NCBI RefSeq assembly: GCF_009914755.1 | Contig: NC_060925.1 | Length of the DNA stretch: 64,000 nt | Strand: one strand, 5' to 3' | Source of the DNA: the human T2T-CHM13v2.0 reference genome, Homo sapiens | Part shown: piece after piece, positions 54,570-64,000 of the stretch | Layout of the letters: the number at the start of each line of letters is the position of its first letter | Numbering within the stretch: position 1 is the first letter of the stretch | Notes under the pieces: model-generated | What the model was told of the DNA's origin: nothing | The model's input: the letters and a program-made list of their open reading frames with translations, nothing else | Database searches by the model: none | Translations under genes and position numbers: made by a program

Positions 54570-54975
54570 CACAGGAAGAAAATTTGTTGGGCTACATGCT
54601 TGGAAGTGGAGAGGTAAGGGGGTGGTTTCAGTGTCATTAATTGATGATGTGATAAAAATCCATATTCTTTCTGTATCTCTGCTTTGTAGTCTTGTGCCGG
54701 CTTCACTGCAGGGCAGGATGTCCTTGTGGTTGCAGCAGGTAGTTTTGGGGGCTATGTGCTTTGTTTTTCACGTCAGGTGTGTGTGTGTGAGAGAGAGAGC
54801 GAGCAAGAGATCAAGAGAGTAAGAGAGAGAGCAAGAGTGTGAGAGTAAGAGTAAGAGACAGCACCAGATCCCCAACCACTCAACAAAAGGCCTTTTCTTT
54901 TCTTTCTTTTGTTCTAATCTGATTGTTTCTAATCAAATTGGGTTGGTTACATGCCCATCTCTGAACCAGTAATTC
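54570..54975 (-). mobile_element. Old MLT1 (J/K-like) fragment containing a GT/GA repeat (about 54776-54860); may resume at about 56180-56380
   Basis: gttacatgcccatctctgaaccag; later aaaccaatccctg...tgattggctta. Confidence 0.5.
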
Positions 54976-55149
54976 CCTATGGCCCTTATTCAAATTTCAT
55001 TTCAGTAAGGCTTACCCTGATGACTGAGTCTAAAATCACAAGTCCAGCTTGGTAGCTTTGTTTCTCTCTAGTTCACTTACTGTCATCTAAGCAATGATGC
55101 ACTTTACCGTTTTCTCTGTTTGCTTATTTTTCATAATCTTCTTAAGTGC

Positions 55150-55465
55150 GGAGATTGTTTTATTGATACAAAATATTTTACATATTTATGGCATACATGA
55201 GAGTGTTTGTTACATGCATAGAATGTGTAATGATCAAGTCAGGGTATTTGGGTATCCATCACCTTGAGTTTTTCTCATTTCGATGTGCTGCTATCTTTTC
55301 AAGTCCTCTCTTCTAGTTACTTTGAATTATATAAGATATTGTTGCTAAGTATAGCTACCCTAGTCTGCTATCAAACATTATAACTTTTTTTCTTCTATCT
55401 AACTGTGTGTTTGTACCCATTAACCAACTTCTCTTCATCCTTCCCTCCCACCTCCAGTTCCATCC
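55150..55465 (-). mobile_element. Short L1MA 3' end inserted in an L2a 3' end (about 54990-55575, +)
   Basis: tattgatacaaaatatttacatatttatgg...tgtacccattaaccaacttctc; L2 end tgctgtatctccagtccctagaacag...aataaatatttattgattgaat. Confidence 0.85.
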
Positions 55466-55729
55466 ATATTGCAGTACAGGGATTTTATCTGTTTTGTTTC
55501 CTGCTGTATCTCCAGTCCCTAGAACAGTTCTTGACTTAGAAGTCACCTAATAAATATTTATTGATTGAATAGATCAATCAATGCCCAAGGATCACTTACT
55601 AATTTATTATTATTATTATTAGCACTGTCTTGCAAATACATGGTGCTTAATGCAGCTAATTGAACTAAATTGAGTTGGATTTACATGAACATGCAGGGGT
55701 ATTTCATGGGACTGTTGCCTTTGGCCTTT

Positions 55730-56170
55730 TTAACAAACAGTTTTATTGAAATATAATTCATATATCTATAATTCACCCATTTGGAGGTATGCAACTCAAT
55801 GGCTTTTGGTATATTCACAAATTATGCACCCATCACCACAATAACTTTTAGAATATTTTCATTACCTCCAAGAGAAACTTCCCACTCCTTAGCTATTATC
55901 CTCCAACTTTTCCATCTTCCTCAGACCTAGGCAGCCACCACTTTACTTTCTGCCTCTATAGATTTGTCTGCCCCTGGTATTTCATATAAATAAAGTCATA
56001 TAATATGTGGTCTTTAGTGACTAGCTTCTCTCACTTTGCATCATGTCTTCAGGGTTCACCCATGTTGTTGTATGTATCCATACTGTACTTCATTTTTTTA
56101 TTGTCAAATAATATTCCAGTGTATGGATGTACCACATTTTATTTAATATCCTTTCATCAGTTGATGGACT
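55730..56170 (-). mobile_element. L1MB 3' end
   Basis: cagttttattgaaatataattcata...cctaggcagccacc...gggttcacccatgttg. Confidence 0.85.
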
Positions 56171-59100
56171 GGCCTTGGTTTTTAAACCAATCCCTGTCAA
56201 GGGACATGGGTTTGCCATGATTGGCTTATAAGGCTTATAATCCTCTTTGCCCATCCCTGGACCTTCGTGTCAGTCCCTCCACCGGAAGTACCAACACAGA
56301 GGGAGGGACAGAATGCATGCCAATGGTGGACTGCTGGATCCACAGCAACCTGTAAACCAGCAGATCCATGTAGTGTCACAGAAGCTTCCTTCTTTCTTCC
56401 TCCTACATTTTTATTGTCATATATTTCTCCTTCCCAGTCATTAGTATTATTATTATTATTTATATTGAAAGGCCAATTGTTTGTGGCACTAAAACCACAG
56501 TAAAATAGGAGGTAGGCCAGCAACAGAGTGAATTGCATTGGCTCTTTCTTCAGTTTAATTTCTTCATCAAAAATGTCTCTTGTTTTTCAGTGGATGCTGA
56601 GGCGTTACTCCGAAGGACTACAGTAAAGAGAAATCATCATTCACCTAGGATTTAAATACTTTCCCAAGGCAGTCTCTTCTTAATTTCCTGTGTTCTGTCT
56701 GTTGGAAGGCTCACTGGTGCAGAGCCAATATGAGCCATGCTATATTTCAAACAAACGCCTTTTTGTTCTGGAGGTCTGTGTATTCTTTTCTCTTTTCCAA
56801 GTAATTAAGCCAGTCGGGGAAAAAATACCAAATGTCATTTTGTCCATTTTTATTTCCCCTTTCCTCTCTGATGAGAACCTTTTTCTCATCAAGAATATTT
56901 CCAAAGATGACTTTATGTAGTAAAATGAGGACATGGTCCACACTTTTTAATTTAGTGGCAGAAGCTTTGAGAAAGCAGCTTGCTACTTGTAGTCCAAGCA
57001 AAAATGTGTAAATGGCTTTATTGAAAATCAATATGCTCTTGTGAAGTGTTGTTCATTTTTGAGTTCTTCACAATTTGTTGCTTTGCCCTGATGAGAGTTG
57101 CAGGGAGGTTTACAGCTCTGGGTCTCTGAGTTTGAGGTTTTATTTTTTCTTGTGTTTTCTGCCATGAGCATAGGAATAAAGGATCATTTGGTGTCTTATT
57201 TTGTTTACTCTTTGGAAGAAGAGATGTGTGCCTTCTTTTTCTTCTTTTTTGATGACACGGGTTGAACTGCTACCGAGGAGTGCAGTTGTCACATAAAATG
57301 TAGTCTCATAAGTGAGGCCAAATTTGCTCAGACTTTCTGGATGTCTAAGGCTTCATGAAAGTTCCCTCAAAATGCTGTAGACTGCTCTCCTCTAATCCCA
57401 GAGAGGGGAGAGTTAAGCAGTGGAGGATTGATCTCTGTTGGTGTGCCAGGGCAGATGTCTTCATTCCATATAGAGAATGCCTAGGGTATCAAAGTTAGGT
57501 CGAGTTCTGATCATTATTGTGAGAATACAGATGAATTTTTAATTGGTCACAGTTTTGGTGAAAGATTAGCTGTGAGATTGGATTTGTCAAAATTTATGTG
57601 GTGGTTACTGTTTAATGTGGCAGCATCTGAGGAAGATCAGGGTCATTTGTAATGACTTCATTTGATTTGTACAGATGAATTACAACATTTTTCCTGCGCT
57701 GAGAAACTAGATATTTTCTCATAAATTTCCATCAACCCTTTAAAAAGTTTAACCTTCATTTTAAGCCTAGAGATAGCATAAATCTGAACTGTGAGGTGTG
57801 GGCAATGGTTGCTGTGTCACAGCAAGGTCTTAATGAAATAGAGCTTGAGAGGGGGCTATAAGAGAGAGAAGATGGAGAAGTGTGCCCTTGGATAATTTTT
57901 TAATTAATCAATGCCCAAAGATCGCTTATTTATTAATTATTATTGTTATTAGCATGTCTTACAAATACATGGTGTTCAATGCAGTTAGTTGAAGTCAATG
58001 GAGTTGGATTTACAGAGAGAATGAGACTTGATCCCAAATAATTTTAACTTTTGCATAAGAACAAAGTATTTTATGTTTTGGTGTTTTATGTAAGTAGGGA
58101 AGCCAGGACAAGCCCAGGACTCATTGAATAGTCCTAATTCTCAGCTTTACATTTTTTTTCCCTATAAAATTCTTACCCTACATACACATAAGGAAATCAT
58201 ATTTACATTTTGGCCTTGTCCACATTCTTTATGCGCACAAGTACCTCAGTTTCTTTTCAGTAACCTCTGACCCTGTCCTGAGAGCTTTGAACAATCCCAA
58301 CAAGCCTTGCTAAGTCCCTAGAGAGAGGCTGTTATTACAAGTATTGCTAATATTCCATACTGTAACTTAAACATTACCTGCTGTACAATTTGATTACTAG
58401 TTAATTAGGATTGTGTTTAATTTGATCAGAACCACTGGAATTAAATCTTTTTATATTAAAAAATTATAAAATTTGATTGTTCCAAGAAAAGATTATTAGA
58501 GTGCCAATCAGTAGTTAGAAAAAATTGTCATCAAATAATAAGACTAATCTTATGAACTAATTGGAAAACAGCCAGAAAAGCCTGGCAGTCTAAGATTGTT
58601 CTCTGGAAACTGAGAGCCAGTGAAAACCTTTTTAATGGTTCCTTGAGCTGACCTTTTGTAGTTCGGATGTTTATGATAAAGTACTGGCTATGAATTTATT
58701 GTTGGTATGGATTGAAAATTTACTTGTGATACTTAATAAAATAAAATGTAGGCATAACCACCATTGTTTTGGTTCATTCAGTGATATTTTTCATTCGCTT
58801 ATTTGTATGTGCTTGCCTTTATTTATTTTTGGGCAAACAGAATCAGATGAGTTAGGCTAGGTCATTCCTAAAAGGTTTTCTAAAGTCTACTCTGTCATAC
58901 CCAAACATCTGCCAGTGTTTGGGCAACCAGATCATCCGTTTCTTTTCTTCTATAATGTGTTACTGTATGTAAGATTCTGAGTTAGAGTTGATGCCATTCA
59001 TTTAGAGGGTATTGAGAGGAAATGGTAGAGAAGTTTTAAAAGTATTTCCTAGGAATCCCTGTCTCACCTCAGTCTGGCTTGACCAGCTGAGAAATGGGGA

Positions 59101-59505
59101 AAGGGCTGCTAGCATTGGGCAGTGGGATTTGGTTGTCTCAGTCACTTGTAACTGGGCAACCCCCTACTGAGATGACATGATCATGAATCTACCTTCTGTT
59201 TTCACAAAATATGACTAATTTGGGGACATTTAAATATACATTACATCTTATTAAATAAATGAAGAATGCCATATGGAGCTTTACAAAAATAATGAGGAAA
59301 CCTCTAGCTACTGAATAATATATTTAAGTACTGAATCTAATATGCTGTGTTCAGTGTCTTTATGGAATTTCACAGACTTAACCAGTTTTCCTTATTCTCT
59401 ATAGTATTGTGGGGTTTTTTTGTTTACAGTTAGTGGTTCTCATAACAAAACTTTTACCTTAATAAAGGCCCCTATTAATCCAAGTAGTTCAGAGAGGTAT
59501 TTTCT

Positions 59506-61372
59506 TTAAAAAAATTTTTTTACTGATACACAAATTTTTTTATATTAAAAAATTATAGAATTTATGTTCCAAGAAAAGATTATTGCAGTGCCAATCAGGT
59601 AGTTGGAAAAAATTGTCATCAAATAATAAGACTAATTTTATCAACTAATTGAAAAACAGCCAGAAAAGGCTGGCAGTCTAAGATTGTTCTCAGGGAACTG
59701 AGAGCCAGTGAAAACCTTCTTAATGGTTCCTTTAGCTGACCTTCTGCAGCTCGTAAATATGTAGTTGTACAAATTTATAGGATATATGTGATATTTTGAT
59801 ACAAGCATACAATGTATAATGATCAAATCTGGGTAATTGGGATATCCATCTCATCAAACATTTATCATTTCTTTGTGTTGAGAACATTCCAAATCTTCTT
59901 TTCTAGCTATTTTGAAATATATAATAAGTTATTCTTAACTCTACTGAACACCAGTTCTTATTCCTTCTATCTAACTTTTTTTTGTACCCATTAACCAACC
60001 CCTCTTTATCCCTCCCTCTCTACTACCCTTCCCAGCCTCCAGTAACCACTATTCTAGTCACTATCTCTGTGAGATCAATTTTTTAGCTCCCACATATGAA
60101 TAAGAGTATGCGATATTTGTCTTTCTTTGTCTGATTTGTTTCACTTAACATAATGTCTTCCAGTTCCATCCATGTTGTTGCAAATGACAAGATTTCAGTA
60201 TTTTATGGCTGAATAATATTCCATTTTGTATATATACCCCATTGTCTCTCTCCATCCACTGATCAGCATTTAGGTTGATTGCAGTTGCTTCTTGCCCTTG
60301 GAAATCTCAGTAATATACTATTTCCTCTATTTTTGGATAGAGGGATCCAGTGCGATTTTTGCATCACATTATATTTATATTTTTGGTTTTTTGATGACAC
60401 TTCATATTGTTTTTCATAGAGACTGTATTAATTTATATTACTGTCAACAGTTCCTGAGCATTCTCTTTTCTCTGCATCCTTGTCAGCATTTGTTATTTTC
60501 TGACTTTTTGATAACAGCCATTCTAACTGGGGTGAGATAATATCTCCTGGTGGTTTTGATTTGCATTTCCTTGATGGTGAGTGATGTGGAGCACTTTTCT
60601 CATGATGCACCCAATTTGTATGTCTTCTTTTGAGAAATGTTTATTCAGATCTTTTGCCCATTTTTTAATCAGATTATTTGGTTTTGGCTGTTGAGTTGTT
60701 TCAGTTCTTTATATATTCTGATTCTTAATCCCTTATTGGATGGATAGTTTGCAAATATTTTCTTTCTTCATTTTCTTCCCTTTGCTGATTGTTTCTTTGC
60801 TATGCAGAAGCTTTTTAGCTTGATGTAATCCCATTTGTCAATTTTTGTTTTGATTACCTATGCTTTTGAGATCTTATTCAAGAAATCTTTGCCCAGACCA
60901 ACGTCCTGAAGCATTTCCTCTTGTGCTTTATTCTAGAAGTTTCAGTTTCAGGTCTTACATTTAAATCTTTAATTCATTTTGATTTGATTTTTTTATATGG
61001 TGAGAGATAAGGGTCTAGTTTCTTTTGTCTGCATATGGATATCTAGGTTTCCAAGAAGAGACTGTCTTTTCCCCAGTGTATGTTCTTGGCACGTTTGTTG
61101 AAATGAATTGGCTATAAATGTGTGGACTTATTTCTGGATTTTCTATTTAGTTTCATTGGTCTATGTGTTTTTATGTTAGTACTATACTGTTTTGGTTGCT
61201 ATAACTTAGGTAGTGTGATGCCCCAAGCTTTGTTCTTTTTGCTCAGGATTGCTTTGGCTATTTTGGATCTTTTTTGGCTTCACAGGAATTTCAAGGTTTT
61301 TTTTTCCATTTTGTGAAGAAAGTCATTTGTATTTTGATAGAGATTGCATTGAATTTGTAGATAGCTTTGTGC
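59506..61372 (-). mobile_element. 5'-truncated L1MA with TSD and a non-L1 insert in its 3' end
   Basis: TSD cagagaggtattttct (59490-59505) / cagaaaggtattttct (61373-61388); L1MA 3' UTR and ORF2 end. Confidence 0.92.
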
Positions 61373-61814
61373 CAGAAAGGTATTTTCTATTGCTTCAATT
61401 CTGTCTCTCGGTAAAACTGACAGGCTACCCCCACCTCTCAAAAACCATGTACTTTATTTTATTCCCTTTGTTATTTCTCACCAAAATTTTACCTAAGGAA
61501 AAAATAAAAATGAAGTAGGTATTTTTTCCTGGTTTTAAGATGAGATCTTTGAACCTCTGCAGATTATTATTCTTTAAAAATTGGCAAGATTAATATTTCT
61601 ACTAGACTGTGTAAGATTAGAGCTTTTGGCTGTATTTGTTGCACCGGTCAGGCCCTGAAAATTACAAGAATAAACATTCACTGCCTCCATAATGAAAGAT
61701 TACTGGAAGGATATATCAATAACTTGAATTCTTTCATGTATCAGTTTTCCTGGACGCTGTGATGTGCAATAAGCTTCTTAAGTACTCATAATATGTCAAT
61801 AATAATGATAATCT

Positions 61815-62025
61815 TAATAGCTAATATTTATTGAGTACTTACTATGTGCTATGCATGTTACAGAGATTATAAAGTTTAATCTTCAAGGTGACTCTGTAAT
61901 ATAGACATATTATCTTCATTTTATAGATGAAATGGTGACTTAAAGAAGTCAAATGATTGTCTAAGGTCACACAGTTTTTAAGTGGGGATTAGAATTCAAG
62001 TAGATTGAATGCAGACTCTGAGCTA
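61815..62025 (-). mobile_element. MIR
   Basis: aatagctaatatttattgagtacttactatgtgc...cattttatagatgaaa...aaggtcacacag. Confidence 0.85.
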
Positions 62026-62329
62026 TTTTGTGTTTTGGGTGTATGTCAATTTTTAAATGATTCACTGGCATTCACTGGCTTTAAGACCTAAATATAAAGA
62101 TCTTTTTATCTCCACCTCATCTGCCACTCCCAACCCTTCCAAGCCAGTTAAGTACTCTTAGTTTCTTTATAAGCATATGGAGTTTTTAATGTTAATGCAC
62201 ACATGAATAAATATGAGCATATACTCCCACTTTTTTAAGGACACAAATTGTAGCATTTGTATATACTAGACTGAATGCTTTTCTGCATCTTAGAGCCTGA
62301 ACTCTTACCTGCCTCACTAAGTCTATCTT

Positions 62330-64000
62330 TTAAAAAATTTTTAAATGTTTATGAATATATGGTAGATGCATATATGTATGGGGTACATGAGATATTTTGA
62401 TACAGGCATACAATGTGTAATAATCACATCAGGGTAAATGGGGCATCCATCACCTTAAGCATTTATCATTTCTTTGTATTGCAAACATTCTAATTATACT
62501 TTTAGTTATTTTTAAATGTACAATAAATTATTATTAACTGTAGTCACCCCATTTTGCTATCAAATACCAGATCCTATTTATTCTATCTAACTACATTTTT
62601 GTACCCATTAAACATCCCCACTCCCCACCCTCCTACTACCCCTCACTTCACCTTTTGTGAAGGTGATTTTTCTCTGGTGGTATGTTTTAATTTCTTGCTT
62701 TTTATTTTTTGTGTATCTGTTGTATATTTTTTGAGGTTACCATGAGGCTTGCAAATAACATCTTATAACCCATTATTTTGAACTGGTAACAACTTTACAC
62801 TGCAAAAACAAACTAATAAGCAAAAAGAAAACTAATAAAAAACCCACAGTTTAATTTCATTTCCTCAGGTTTTTAACTTTCTGTTGTTTCTATTTATATC
62901 TTATACTGTTTGTATCTTGAAATATTGTTGTCATTATTATTTTTGATAGGTTCATCTTTAAGTCTTTCTACTTAAAATATGAGTAGTTTACCCACCACAA
63001 ATACAGTGCTGTAGTATTTTGTGTTTTTCTATGTACTTACTATTACCAGTGAGTTTTGTACCTTCAGATGGTTTCTTATTGCTCATTAACATCATTTTCT
63101 TTCAGATTAAAGAACTCCCTTTAGCATTTCTTGTAGGACAGGTCTGGTGTTGATGAAATCCCTCAGCTTTTGCTTGCCTGCAAAAGTCTTTATTTCTCTT
63201 TCACATCTGAAGGATATTTTTGCTGGAAATACTCTTCTAGGATAGTGTTTTTCCTTCAGCACTTTAAATATGTCATGCAACTCTCTTCTGGCCTATAAGA
63301 TTTCCCCTGAGAAGTTTGCTGCCAGATGTAAGGGAGCTCCTTTTTATGTGATTTGTTTCTTTTCTCTTGTCGCTTTCAGGATTCTTTCATTGTCCTTGAC
63401 CTTTGGGAGTTTGATCATTAAATGCCTCGAGGTAGTCTTTCTTGGGTTAAATCTGCTTGGTGTTCTACAGCCTTCTTGTACTTGAATATTGATATCTTTC
63501 TATAGATTTGGGAAGCTCTCTGATATTATCCCCTTGAATAAAACTTTCTACCCCTATCTCTTTCTCTCTTCTCATAAATGGAGCCAATAACTCTTAGATT
63601 TGGCCCTTTGAGCCTATTTTATAGATCTTGCAGATCTTCATTCTTTTTTATTTTGTCTCCTCTGACTGTGTATTTTCAAGCTAATTCTTTCTTCTGCTTG
63701 ATCAATTATGCTAGCAGGAGACTCTGATGCATTCTTCAGTATGTCAATTGCATTTTTCAGCTCCAGAATTTGATTGAATTTTTAAAACTATTTCAATGTC
63801 TTTGTTAAGTTTATCTGATAGGATTCCTTTTCTGTGTTATCTTGAATTTTGTCGAGCTTCCTCAAAATGGTTATTTTGAATTCTCTCTCTGAAAGGTCAC
63901 ATATCTCTGTCACTGGAGGGTTGGTCACTGGTGCCCTATTTAGTTTGTTTGGTGAGGTAATGTTTTCCTGAATGTTCTTGATGTTTGTGATTGTTCATCA
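62330..64000 (-). mobile_element. L1M: 3' end (62330-62645) joined to inter-ORF/ORF1 region, running off the window
   Basis: tatggggtacatgagatattttgatacaggcat; then aactccctttagcatttcttgtaggacaggtctggtg and tcctggcct-like ORF1 antisense motifs. Confidence 0.85.

Overview
This is AT-rich primate (human-like) non-coding genomic DNA, either intergenic or inside a large intron. I find no credible protein-coding gene, RNA gene or CRISPR array. The listed ORFs are chance ORFs or decayed retroelement frames (L1 ORF2 C-terminus, MaLR internal ORF, Alu). Much of the window is interspersed repeats: 8 Alus (all + strand), about 11 L1 pieces (all but one - strand), L2/MIR, a full LTR-int-LTR MSTA element, solo LTRs (MER50, LTR2, MER34/39, THE1, MSTB, MLT1/2, LTR16/33) and DNA transposon fossils (MER30, MER5, MER33, MER44, MER47, MER81), often nested. 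Subfamily names come from recalled consensus motifs, and the boundaries of old repeats are approximate. The signals not explained by repeats are: (1) four short local duplications 1-2.3 kb from their partner copy, including a 222-bp copy inside an L1 3' end and a 31-bp unit arranged as an inverted concatemer/hairpin; (2) a repeat-free, CpG-retaining block at about 23.5-26.2 kb with clustered POU octamers; (3) several + strand candidate exons, one pair of which could encode a speculative 56-aa peptide. I cannot support a claim of a new biological system beyond these hypotheses.
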